The notes below the pieces were generated by a model. It did no database searches, was not told the origin of the DNA, and saw only the letters and a program-made list of their open reading frames with translations. A stretch of 64,000 nucleotides of DNA. Source: an uncultured bacterium (lineage in GTDB: Bacteria; Babelota; Babeliae; Babelales; Babelaceae). The DNA is taken from positions 1,184,001 to 1,248,000 of the forward strand of contig OY970209.1 in the NCBI GenBank assembly GCA_963713855.1. Reading direction: 5' to 3'. Shown here piece by piece: positions 49,057-58,687 of this stretch. Numbering within the stretch: position 1 is the first letter of the stretch; every line of letters begins with the position of its first letter. The translations under genes were made by a program, and so were the position numbers.

Positions 49057-50316
49057 GTGAAAATTACAATTTTACTCTGCACAGTGGCATCTCTTTTAGT
49101 AAATCTACGATCTAATGCTACATGTTCTCTGCAGTCAGGCACTTCGTATGCTTTACCTGCTGGATCTACGGGGCCTAGTGCAATAGCATTTTCGCCTTCA
49201 GGCAGCTATGTGGCTATTGCTAATGACAACTCCAATGATGTGACCGTATTTCAGATATCAGGCGGAGGAACCTTAAATGGAGGCACTTCGTATGCTTTGC
49301 CCGCCGGCTCTACTCATCCCTTCTCAGTAGCATTCTCGCCAAATGGCACATACGTAGCTACTGCTAATTATTTCTCAAGCGATGTCACCGTGTTTACGGT
49401 AGGAGCGGGAGAAACCTTAAGTGGTGGTACTTCATATGCTTTACTTGCTGGTTCTAACAGCCCCTACTCAGTAGCGTTCTCACCAGATGGCACATACGTG
49501 GCCACTGCTAATGGCTCAAATAACGTAATAGTGTTTACGGTGGGGTCAGGTGGAGCTTTAAGCAATGGTACCTCGTATACCTTACCTGCTGGTTCGACGC
49601 CACCCATCTCAATAGCGTTCTCACCTGATGGCACGTACCTCGCTACTGCTAATTCTTTCAGTGGCTCTACTAACGGAAGCGTAACAGTATTTACGGTAGG
49701 AGTAGGAGGAGTATTAAGCAATAGTACCTCGTATGCTTTACCCGCTGGTTCTATAGATCCCGTTTCAGTGGCTTTTTCGCCTTCTGGAGCGTATTTAGCC
49801 ACTGCTAATGGTGCCGCTGGGTCTACTAGTGGGGACGTAACCGTATTTACGGTGGGAGCAGGAGGAGTTTTAAGTAATGGTACCTCGTATGCTTTACCCG
49901 CTGGCTCTAGAGATCCCAATTCAGTAGCGTTCTCACCAGACGGCTCATATCTCGTGACTGCTAACAACTTTACTCCAGGAAGTAGTGTAACCGTATTTAC
50001 GGTAGGAGCTGGAGGAGCCTTGAGCAATGGTACTTCATACGCATTACCAGCTGGTTCTGTAAACCCCGAATCAGTAGCATTCTCGCCTTCTGGCGCGTAC
50101 GTGACTACAGCTAATTACGGCTCTAATGACGTAACAATATTCGACATACTCGGATGTGTTACTACTACAACAACCACGCCCACAACAACAACCACCTTTC
50201 CAATAACAACTACGCCGCGCCCTACAACTATAAGCAGTACTTCGGCTCGGCTTAACAGCGTATCGTCTCGTGTTATTTCTCTTATATACGGCTTTTTAAT
50301 GAGTAAGACAGAGTAA
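49057..50316 (+). CDS. Seven-bladed beta-propeller (lactonase/YVTN-like 48-aa repeats) with Thr-rich stalk
   Basis: Seven copies of TSYALPAGSxxPxSVAFSPxGxYxATANxxSxxVTVF. Signal peptide, poly-Thr tract, hydrophobic C-terminus. Confidence 0.9.
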   Translation: MKITILLCTVASLLVNLRSNATCSLQSGTSYALPAGSTGPSAIAFSPSGSYVAIANDNSNDVTVFQISGGGTLNGGTSYALPAGSTHPFSVAFSPNGTYVATANYFSSDVTVFTVGAGETLSGGTSYALLAGSNSPYSVAFSPDGTYVATANGSNNVIVFTVGSGGALSNGTSYTLPAGSTPPISIAFSPDGTYLATANSFSGSTNGSVTVFTVGVGGVLSNSTSYALPAGSIDPVSVAFSPSGAYLATANGAAGSTSGDVTVFTVGAGGVLSNGTSYALPAGSRDPNSVAFSPDGSYLVTANNFTPGSSVTVFTVGAGGALSNGTSYALPAGSVNPESVAFSPSGAYVTTANYGSNDVTIFDILGCVTTTTTTPTTTTTFPITTTPRPTTISSTSARLNSVSSRVISLIYGFLMSKTE

Positions 50317-50382
50317 GAGTTAACCCGTCTACGATTTAGAAACTGTTCAGGCTTATTTGGGAGGGGCGGATAATAATAAATA

Positions 50383-50470
50383 TATCTTGCTCTCCTAAAC
50401 TCCAAGATATCATCGTGTTTACGGTAAGAAGAATCTTAGCGGTAGCACACTAATGATTTTACCTTCAGGC
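50383..50470 (+). pseudogene. Decayed propeller-blade remnant
   Basis: YLA..NS / DIIVFTV / IL / GST / LPSG with frameshifts. Confidence 0.55.
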
Positions 50471-50541
50471 CAATAAAAATGATCCTAGTGTGCCTCATGA
50501 GTCTCAGGCCACGTTGGACAAAAGATATTTTTAATTGCTCC

Positions 50542-50580
50542 AAAAAAGACCTTCAAGGACTCTTTCAATCCTTGAAGGTC
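50542..50580 (-). terminator. Intrinsic terminator between convergent propeller genes
   Basis: 12-bp stem gaccttcaagga/tccttgaaggtc with A6 on the left. Confidence 0.75.
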
Positions 50581-50628
50581 TCACGCTAGCGCTGAAGCCA
50601 CAGAGAGGTTATAGATGAGTTAACACTC

Positions 50629-51900
50629 TTACTCTGTCGCCCTTTCTTCGTTTAAGAAGCGCATATAAGAGAAAATACTAGACAATAGACTGCTAGTAAG
50701 AGCCGAAGTACCGCTTATAGTTGTAGGGCGTGGCGTGGTTGTTATTGGAAAGGTGGTTGTTGTTGCGAGCGTGGTTGTACTGGTGGTTGTTGTTGTGGGC
50801 GGTGTGGTTGTTGTCGTGGTCGTGGTTGTTGTAGTAGTGACACATCCGAGTATGTCGAATATTGTTACGTTGGCTGAGCCATAATTAGCTGTAGCCAGGA
50901 ATAAGTTATAAGGTAAGAACGCTGCTGAGAAAGGATTTGTAGATCCAGCTGGTAAAGCATACGAGGTACCACCACTTAAGATTCCTCCTGATCCTACCGT
51001 AAATACGGTGACATCAGTTGATCCATCATTAGCAGTAGCTAAGTACGAACCATCTGGTGAGAACGCTACTGAAAAAGGACTGAGAGAACCACCAGGTAAA
51101 GCATATGAGGTACCACTGCCTAAGCTTCCTCCTACTGTAAACACGGTGACGTCAGCTGAATTGCTATTAGCAGTAGCTAAGTATGCACCAGACGGTGAGA
51201 ATACTACTGATTGAGGGTGGCTAGAACCAGTAGGTAAGGTATACGAAGCACCGTTGCTTAAGGCTCCTCCTGACCCCACCGTAAATACGGTTACGTCATT
51301 GGAAATAAGATTAGCGGTGGCAAGGTATGTGCCATCTGGTGAGAACACTACTGAGTAAGGTTCTCTAGAGCCAACGGGTAAAGCATACGAAGTACCATTG
51401 CTTAAAGTTTCTCCCGCTCCCACCGTAAAGATTGTTACGTTGTTGGTGCTTAAATTAGCACAAGCCAGATACGTGCCACTTGGTGAGAACGCTACTGACT
51501 GGGGACTAGTAGAACCGGCGGGTAAAGCGTATGAAGTGCCACCACTTAAGACTCCCCCGCCTGATATTTTAAATACAGTCACGTCATTGGAGTTGTCATT
51601 AGCAGTAGCCACATAGCTACCTGAAGGCGCGAATGCTATTGCACTTGGCCCCGTAGATCCACCAGGTAAAGCATACGAGGTACCACCACTTAAAACTGTC
51701 CCTGTTCCTACTGCAAAGACGGTAACATCGTTTGAGCCATAATTAACAGTAACTAGGTATGCGCCGGAAGGGTTGAAAACTGCTTGGTAGGGATTCGTAG
51801 AACCTGCAGGTAAAGCATATGAGGTAGCACATGTAGCACTAGATTGTAGATTTACTAAAAGAGATGCTACCGTGCAGAGTAAAATTGTTATATTTTTCAT
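50629..51900 (-). CDS. Seven-bladed beta-propeller with Thr-rich stalk, inverted paralog of 49057..50316
   Basis: Near-identical signal peptide (ITILLCTVASLLVNL) and C-terminal IFDILGCVTTT...FPITTTPRPTTIS. Seven repeats. Confidence 0.9.
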   Translation of the reverse strand: MKNITILLCTVASLLVNLQSSATCATSYALPAGSTNPYQAVFNPSGAYLVTVNYGSNDVTVFAVGTGTVLSGGTSYALPGGSTGPSAIAFAPSGSYVATANDNSNDVTVFKISGGGVLSGGTSYALPAGSTSPQSVAFSPSGTYLACANLSTNNVTIFTVGAGETLSNGTSYALPVGSREPYSVVFSPDGTYLATANLISNDVTVFTVGSGGALSNGASYTLPTGSSHPQSVVFSPSGAYLATANSNSADVTVFTVGGSLGSGTSYALPGGSLSPFSVAFSPDGSYLATANDGSTDVTVFTVGSGGILSGGTSYALPAGSTNPFSAAFLPYNLFLATANYGSANVTIFDILGCVTTTTTTTTTTTTPPTTTTTSTTTLATTTTFPITTTPRPTTISGTSALTSSLLSSIFSYMRFLNEERATE

Positions 51901-52251
51901 AAAGACTCTCATTTTTATAAGTTACAAGCACAAAATTTTAGTACATCGCATTTATGGATTTATTGGACCGCCTTTCCTCTCTCCTTTCTCCTTTGGTAGT
52001 GGTCAAGTTACTAAGTATCTTTTATGTGTGGATTCTTTCTCTTTTCTTCACCATAAGTCGATCTTTGCTAATGATACTCAGGAAGAGCAAAAATCATAAT
52101 TCGCCTTTATTCTTCAAGGAATCATGTTGCTAGATCTATTGGTGTTTGGAACGAGTCTTCCTCAAATACCTTAATCAAATTTTGCCCCTTGGTAAGACTT
52201 AAAGAGGTAAAAAAGTATTATAGACGTAGTTATGTGCGACGATTGCCAGCG

Positions 52252-52307
52252 AGAGTTGACAGTAACAAAATGCTGACCATTGGATAAAATGCTACTGAAT
52301 GGGGATT
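52252..52307 (-). pseudogene. Decayed propeller-blade remnant
   Basis: Minus strand NPHSVAFYP, then a frameshift, then NGQHFVTVNS. Confidence 0.55.
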
Positions 52308-52593
52308 CTATATTGCACAGCAGTATGCCGAATAGAATTCATCACATCCCCTTTAATGCAAAAAATCGTCCACCCAAAGATATACCATTTTTATAACCAG
52401 TCAAACAAATGTTACAGATTCTTAAAGTCGATTCATGAAAATAGCGACTTTATTATTCTTCTGCTCCACTTTTAACCGCAACCTATGCTTCAAAAGCTGC
52501 AAGCCAACCATGCTAAAAAAGGATTTACTTCTTCTACTATTATCAAAGTATAAGTATACTAATATAATTATCTTGGATACATGGGAATTATAC

Positions 52594-53388
52594 ATGGTAC
52601 AGTACTTAGGCCTCATGCAGTACGTATTAGATCATGGCATTGAGAAAGACGACCGCACAGGTACGGGCATCCGTTCTGTCTTTGGTTATCAAATGCGCTT
52701 TGATCTAAAAACACATTTTCCGCTCGTCACCACAAAAAAAGTACACCTTAAATCCATCATTCACGAACTTCTCTGGTTTTTAAAAGGCGATACAAATGTA
52801 CGCTATTTACAAGAAAACGGCGTCACTATCTGGAATGAATGGGCAGGCCCAAATGGAGAGCTCGGGCCTGTCTACGGTGCTCAATGGAGATGTTGGCAAA
52901 CATCTGGCCAAAAGACAATTGATCAAATAAGCTGGGTTATCAATGAAATAAAAAAGAACCCATCTTCAAGAAGACTTATCGTGAGCGCCTGGAACGTAGC
53001 ACAGCTTGATCAGATGGCTCTCGTACCTTGTCATGCATTTTTTCAATTTTATGTTGCAAATGGGATGCTTTCCTGTCAACTCTATCAACGCTCTGCAGAT
53101 ATTTTCCTCGGCGTTCCCTTTAATATCGCATCATACGCCCTTCTTACACTTATGGTTGCGCAAGTATGCAACCTAAAACCCGGAGAGCTTGTTCACACGA
53201 TAGGCGACGCACACCTTTACCTCAATCACTTAGACCAAGCTCGCCTACAACTTACGCGTTCACCACTACCTCCACCTATCATGAAAATCAATGCTGCAAA
53301 AACATCTATTTTTGATTTTACGTATGACGACTTTACGCTCTGCGATTATCAGTTCCATCCGGCCATTAAAGCACCGGTATCCGTATGA
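52594..53388 (+). CDS. thyA: Thymidylate synthase
   Basis: [60 protein letters not shown]. Confidence 0.97.
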   Translation: MVQYLGLMQYVLDHGIEKDDRTGTGIRSVFGYQMRFDLKTHFPLVTTKKVHLKSIIHELLWFLKGDTNVRYLQENGVTIWNEWAGPNGELGPVYGAQWRCWQTSGQKTIDQISWVINEIKKNPSSRRLIVSAWNVAQLDQMALVPCHAFFQFYVANGMLSCQLYQRSADIFLGVPFNIASYALLTLMVAQVCNLKPGELVHTIGDAHLYLNHLDQARLQLTRSPLPPPIMKINAAKTSIFDFTYDDFTLCDYQFHPAIKAPVSV

Positions 53389-53873
53389 TAATCTCAATCA
53401 TCGCAGCTATGGACGAAAACCGAGGCATAGGAATCCAAAATAAGCTGCCTTGGCACCTACCCGGAGATCTTAAAAGATTTAAAGAGCTCACTCTAGGGCA
53501 CCACATAATCTTAGGCAGAAAAACATTCGAGTCCATCGGAAAACCTCTGCCAGGAAGAACATCCATCATAGTCACACATCAAAAAGAATATACTTTGCCA
53601 GGTTGCCTAATCACCCATTCTCTAGAAGAAGCTCTTGAAATGGCCCGCTGTGCGGGCCAAAGCGAAGTGTTCATAGCGGGCGGAGCTCAGATATACGCTC
53701 AAGCACTGCCAATAGCACATAAGATCTATCTAACTGTTGTTCACTCAATTGTACAGGCAGATACCTTCTTTCCTCACATCGATGGTTCTTGGAAAGAAGT
53801 AGAATCATCGTTCTATAGAGCAGATGAGAAAAATAAGTATTCTTTCACCTATAAAATTTTTATTAAGGGATAA
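53385..53873 (+). CDS. folA: Dihydrofolate reductase
   Basis: [42 protein letters not shown] overlap with thyA. Confidence 0.97.
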   Translation: MIISIIAAMDENRGIGIQNKLPWHLPGDLKRFKELTLGHHIILGRKTFESIGKPLPGRTSIIVTHQKEYTLPGCLITHSLEEALEMARCAGQSEVFIAGGAQIYAQALPIAHKIYLTVVHSIVQADTFFPHIDGSWKEVESSFYRADEKNKYSFTYKIFIKG

Positions 53874-54200
53874 GAGAGCATCTTCATCAACCGAGATACC
53901 AACCCGGATAATATCATTCGTTACCGAGTAGAGACTGTCAAGTATTGCAAAACAGAAACTTGATCGAAATCGGAGCGTGTGGTTTTTCAATTATGCTTTG
54001 GTTAGAAATTTAGGAACGCTCCCTAGATAAAAATTATTCTATTTCTGTCTTCGTGCCTATGTAACGAGCTAAGTAAGAAGAAGAGTAGTTTTTGTCATGA
54101 GGCCGGAGGTACGTGGTTTGCCCGACAAACGCACCCACAACTTTAATAAGGGGCCACTGCATGGTATACAAGACTGCTTTGTGTCATTATGGAATTGACT

Positions 54201-56510
54201 TTACAGAGTGCTCGATGACTCTTCTCCGCTAAAATTAACACTGCCTGTAGAGCGATCTCCACGCAAGTACTTATACACCAAAAAACCAACTACGCTTGTT
54301 CCCGCCGCTAAAACAGCAAGACCGACAGGAACACCTATAGTGGTTCCTATAATAACGCCTAAAGGTAGATTGCTACCACCATCTCCTGTGCCTGTACTAC
54401 CGAGTATCGGAAATACTGAAACGTCATTTGATATAAGATTTGCTGTAGCAACGAAAGCACTTCCGTTATTTGCTGGCCAAAAAGCAAGTGCTATACAATC
54501 TGTAGAATTGTCAGGCAAAGAATAAGAAGAATTACCGTGACCTAACGTATTACTGGCAAGAGTAAAGATGGTAATACTATTTGATCCACTATTAGCAGTA
54601 GCAAGATAGGCCCCATTCGGTGAGATTGCCAATCCCTGAGGATTGAGATCCCCCTGCGGTAATGAGTACGAGATTGATCCACTGAATACCCCTGAGCTTA
54701 TAGTAAAGATCGTTATATCGTTTGAACCGCTATTACTCGTAGCAAGAAATAAATCACTATTCAAATTGGGTAAAAAGACGATTGACTGGGGTTGTTTCGA
54801 TCCAGCCGGCAATGGTTCAGATATGCCATTATTTAATACCCCACTTACTATTTGAAAAAGCGTTATGTCATTTGAGCCAGCATTGGCTGTCGCAAGATAA
54901 GTGCCATCTGACGTAAAAGCTACTGCTGTGGGATTTGAAGATGCGCCAGGTAATGCATAAGAAAGAGCCCCGACCAATGAGCCTCCAACAACGTTGAATA
55001 GTGTTACATCGTTTGAGCCTCTATTTGCTACTGCAAGATAAGCACCATTTGGCGAGAACTCTACCGAGGCTGGATTCGTCGAGTTTGCTGGTAATGCATA
55101 TGACTGAGGTCCTGTTAATTGTCCTGCCGTTACTTTAAAGAGCGTAATATCATTTACATTACTATTGGCTGTTGCTAGATACGCTGTATCAAATGAGAAG
55201 GCTACTGAAGATGGGTGTGACGAGTTTGATGGTAATGGGTATGATGTCCCCAAACTAAGCTTAATCAAAGTATTACTGTTATCCACGGTAAAAAGAGTAA
55301 CATCGCTGGATTTATAGTTTGCTGTAGCAAGATACAGTCCATTCGCTGAAAAAGCTACTGAATCTGGTTCAGCAGAGCCAGATGGTAATATATATGAAGT
55401 CCCTGTATTGGAAGATTGAGTGGAGCAGCTAAGCGTAAAAAGCGTCACATTAGCTGAACTATAATTAGCAATAGCACAATATGAACCATTTGGTGAAAAT
55501 GCAACGTCAACGGGTTGTGTGGAACCTGACGGTAATGCATAGGATATACCTCCACTCAGTACCCCTCCTGCCCCAACACTAAATACTGTCACATTAGCTG
55601 AACCCACATTAGTAGTAACAAGGTATTCGCCATTTGGTGAAAATTCTACTGAAGCGGGAGTTGTAGAACCTGACGGTAATGCATACGATATACCTCCACT
55701 GAGTACACCTCCTGCTCCAATGTTAAATACTGTCACATTGTTTGAAGTGTTATTAGCAGTAGCAAGGTATGCACCGTTCGGTGAAAATGCTACTTTTGAA
55801 ACGGGATTTATAGAGCCAGAGGGTAATGCATAGGATATGCCTCCACTGAGTACGCCTCCTGCTCCAACACTAAATACTGTCACATTGTTTGAGGTAGTAT
55901 TAGCAGTAGCAAGGTATGCACCATTTGGTGAAAACGCAACTGAAACGGGTTTAGAACCTAACGGTAATGCATAGGATATGCCTCCACTCAGTACCCCTCC
56001 TGCCCCAACACTAAATACTGTTACATTAGCTGAACTCGCATTAGCAGTAGCAAGGTATGCGCCATTTGGTGAAAATTCTACTGAATAGGGAGCTGTAGAA
56101 CCTGACGGTAACGCATAAGATATACCTCCACTGAGTGCGCCTCCATCCCCAACACTAAATACTGTCACATTATTTGAGGTAGTATTAGCAGAAGCAAGGT
56201 ATGCGCCGTTTGGTGAAAATGCTACTGAATAGGGAACTGTAGAACCTGACGGCAATGCATAGGATACGCCTCCGCTGAGTACGCCTCCTACCCCAACGTT
56301 AAATACTGTCACATTATTTGAATTTTCATTAGGACAAGCAAGGTATGCACCGTTCGGTGAAAATGTTATTGAAAAGGGATTTATAGAACCAGAAGGCAAT
56401 CCGTAAGTAATACCTGATAATGATGGACAAACAGCACGGATCACTGAACTTATAGAAACAAGCGCTAAAATTAAAAAAATAGATGCCGTAGAGTTACGAA
56501 TAAGAATCAT
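54201..56510 (-). CDS. Double (14-blade) beta-propeller with C-terminal TM helix and short tail
   Basis: 14 repeats of the same 48-aa unit. The first seven are near-identical in DNA (~144-bp period). Signal peptide. TM segment VIIGTTIGVPVGLAVLAAGTSVVGFLVY. Confidence 0.9.
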   Translation of the reverse strand: MILIRNSTASIFLILALVSISSVIRAVCPSLSGITYGLPSGSINPFSITFSPNGAYLACPNENSNNVTVFNVGVGGVLSGGVSYALPSGSTVPYSVAFSPNGAYLASANTTSNNVTVFSVGDGGALSGGISYALPSGSTAPYSVEFSPNGAYLATANASSANVTVFSVGAGGVLSGGISYALPLGSKPVSVAFSPNGAYLATANTTSNNVTVFSVGAGGVLSGGISYALPSGSINPVSKVAFSPNGAYLATANNTSNNVTVFNIGAGGVLSGGISYALPSGSTTPASVEFSPNGEYLVTTNVGSANVTVFSVGAGGVLSGGISYALPSGSTQPVDVAFSPNGSYCAIANYSSANVTLFTLSCSTQSSNTGTSYILPSGSAEPDSVAFSANGLYLATANYKSSDVTLFTVDNSNTLIKLSLGTSYPLPSNSSHPSSVAFSFDTAYLATANSNVNDITLFKVTAGQLTGPQSYALPANSTNPASVEFSPNGAYLAVANRGSNDVTLFNVVGGSLVGALSYALPGASSNPTAVAFTSDGTYLATANAGSNDITLFQIVSGVLNNGISEPLPAGSKQPQSIVFLPNLNSDLFLATSNSGSNDITIFTISSGVFSGSISYSLPQGDLNPQGLAISPNGAYLATANSGSNSITIFTLASNTLGHGNSSYSLPDNSTDCIALAFWPANNGSAFVATANLISNDVSVFPILGSTGTGDGGSNLPLGVIIGTTIGVPVGLAVLAAGTSVVGFLVYKYLRGDRSTGSVNFSGEESSSTL

Positions 56511-56716
56511 AAGTATTCATCTCTAAATTAAAAAACGATCCCTGGTATTTTATTGTTTCAACATACCAATATTTCGGCCCTGTTGATTTCCAACGTATCA
56601 TAGCTTAAAAAACTACTCTTTCAAACTCTTTTTCAAAAGTAGTCTGCGAGAAAACAAGAACCTTCTCAACCGCTTGAGTCCTTTTATCCCGTAATGCTGA
56701 AATTACCGGCACAGCA

Positions 56717-57034
56717 ATGGTTGAAGCGACATTTCAGGGAAATTTCAAACGTGCAAAACTATTACTTGACCATAACGCCGATGTCAATCGAAAGAGCGCA
56801 ACAGGTATAACACCACTTTGGGCGTCAATAATCTTTATTCAACCCGAGATGACTGAACTTTTTTTGTCTCATGGAGCAACAATTACCCATGAAGATATAA
56901 AGAGGGCACATGAGATGGCACTTGATGGCAAAAATAAAAAATCAAAAGAGATCGTAGACATACTTGCTCGATATCCGAAAAATATCGCTGGCTCAGCAAC
57001 TTTCCCTTGGGCCAAACTAACATATTTGCCCTAG
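56717..57034 (+). CDS. Short ankyrin-repeat ORF, probably a 5'-truncated remnant
   Basis: LLLDHNADVN...GITPLWAS...LFLSHGA. Starts mid-repeat with no signal peptide. Confidence 0.6.
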   Translation: MVEATFQGNFKRAKLLLDHNADVNRKSATGITPLWASIIFIQPEMTELFLSHGATITHEDIKRAHEMALDGKNKKSKEIVDILARYPKNIAGSATFPWAKLTYLP

Positions 57035-57305
57035 GCCTTTTTATTATGTGGCTCGCGCAAAAATGTTTTGCTGCCATTACGCTGTTCTCTAGCCAGCCAA
57101 CAGCAACGGATCAGACACTAAAACATAGGCAATCTGGCTAACGTAAGACGCATTCGTTACTCATCCATCCTCATTATGCGCGCAGCGCACCACAAAAACC
57201 ACACCATCACCAGGACCCTCCACAAAACACCCTCGGTTCGCCAACAAGGTCGAAGAATCGCACCCCATCGGGGAAGATCAAAGACCGCGACAGCGCGAAC
57301 CGCAA

Positions 57306-57785
57306 TCAAGAAATATCCAAAGCAAGAACCGATAAAGATTTCAGAATATTAAAATCATAAAGCCTCTGGCGAAAATGATTAAACCAAGAAGCCTCCAACA
57401 AATCAGAACTACATTCAATCCAAAGAAAATCATAATAAAAAGCATTCAGTAAATAGTCATCAATAGACGAAGAAGAAAAGTCAGTACAAGAAAAAAGCTC
57501 AAAATAAAGAGGCGTAGCTAAAGTAGGTAAAGCAGAACTATCGAGAGCTAAAAACGCAACAGATGAAAACATCGGAAATACAGAAATTAACGATCCAATA
57601 AGCTCCCGAGAACGGCAAATATCAGACGTATACATCGTATGATACCCAGAAGTCAAAAAAATATTCTGAAGAGCAAGAATATCACAATCCGACAAAAACG
57701 AAGAATTTCTAGCTACATGGCGCATTATAAGCTCCCCACAAAGCATACAAACAGCACCATAAGCCAAAAAGAACTTAAAAAGCAA
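57306..57785 (-). CDS. Hypothetical protein downstream of ruvC
   Basis: Co-oriented ORF filling the space after ruvC. Start uncertain (possibly 57725). Confidence 0.5.
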   Translation of the reverse strand: MLFKFFLAYGAVCMLCGELIMRHVARNSSFLSDCDILALQNIFLTSGYHTMYTSDICRSRELIGSLISVFPMFSSVAFLALDSSALPTLATPLYFELFSCTDFSSSSIDDYLLNAFYYDFLWIECSSDLLEASWFNHFRQRLYDFNILKSLSVLALDIS

Positions 57786-57796
57786 GAATAATAAAT

Positions 57797-58273
57797 TTAG
57801 GATATTCTAGTTTGCCATAAACCGCACAACGCAAGCGAAAGAGCATCACTTACATCCATAGGACCAGTCGCATTAAAACCAGGCAAAAGTCTAGAAACAA
57901 CCCAAGAAAGCTGCTGCTTATCCGCAGCACCATATCCCGTAAGGGCCAATTTAACCTCGCGCGGAGACAATTCATGAAGACGTAAATTATAACGATGAGA
58001 CAACAGATAAAGAATACCTCGAACGTAGCCCAATTTAACAAACGCTTGAGCATTTTTACCCAAAAAAGGAGTCTCCAAAGAAAGATCTGTCACAGAAAAT
58101 TGCTGAATTTTTGTCTCAAAAATTGAAAACAAAAAAGAAATTCTTTCAGGTACAGTCTGCTTAGAACTCATACGCACAGCACCGTAATCCAAAAGAACTA
58201 CCTTACCCAGCTTATTCTCAACAATACCAAACCCACACGTCACTAACCCCGGATCGATCCCTAAACACACCAT
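57797..58273 (-). CDS. ruvC: Holliday junction resolvase RuvC
   Basis: LGIDPG...GFG, E..F, LG.VRG, P.EVK..LTGYG.ADK.Q, D.SDAL..A.C. Confidence 0.95.
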   Translation of the reverse strand: MVCLGIDPGLVTCGFGIVENKLGKVVLLDYGAVRMSSKQTVPERISFLFSIFETKIQQFSVTDLSLETPFLGKNAQAFVKLGYVRGILYLLSHRYNLRLHELSPREVKLALTGYGAADKQQLSWVVSRLLPGFNATGPMDVSDALSLALCGLWQTRIS

Positions 58274-58447
58274 AAAAAAACCCTCACCATAACGGCCACA
58301 GTTTAATAAAAAAAAGCCTCAAGGACAAGAAGAAAACAAATTGAGAACCATCTAACATCAGAAGCAAACTGGGTAAAATATTGCAAAATGACAATTACTT
58401 TTGATAAAGTAAGATGAAGGTATTGCATAAAAAGAAGGAAAGCTACT

Positions 58448-58681
58448 ATGAACCGTTATTCTATCTTGTGCATGTCCACACTCCTGTTAGTAAGCTACAG
58501 TGGTGCGGGCGCTAAAGAAGTAAAGCTAACAAAACAACAAGTTATAAACGCAAAATGCCAACAAGAGTGCAAACAAGGCGAAATATGCTGCGTCATACCA
58601 GAATACAATGATGATGATACTGATACGTTCGATACATACTGTGCTAAAACCTGCTACGTAGAGGATCCAGAAATCTCATAA
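58448..58681 (+). CDS. Small secreted cysteine-rich protein
   Basis: RBS aagga, signal peptide, C-x3-C-x5-CC...C-x3-C pattern. Confidence 0.65.
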   Translation: MNRYSILCMSTLLLVSYSGAGAKEVKLTKQQVINAKCQQECKQGEICCVIPEYNDDDTDTFDTYCAKTCYVEDPEIS

Positions 58682-58687
58682 AAAGAG

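Noticed and set aside
55500..56400. Regular ~144-bp DNA repeats resembling a CRISPR array or DGR
   Set aside because: These are in-frame coding repeats with no unique spacers, cas genes or reverse transcriptase, and variation is not adenine-specific by eye.
57160..57190. Minus-strand gcgcataatg matching the XerC arm of dif
   Set aside because: No XerD arm at the required spacing.
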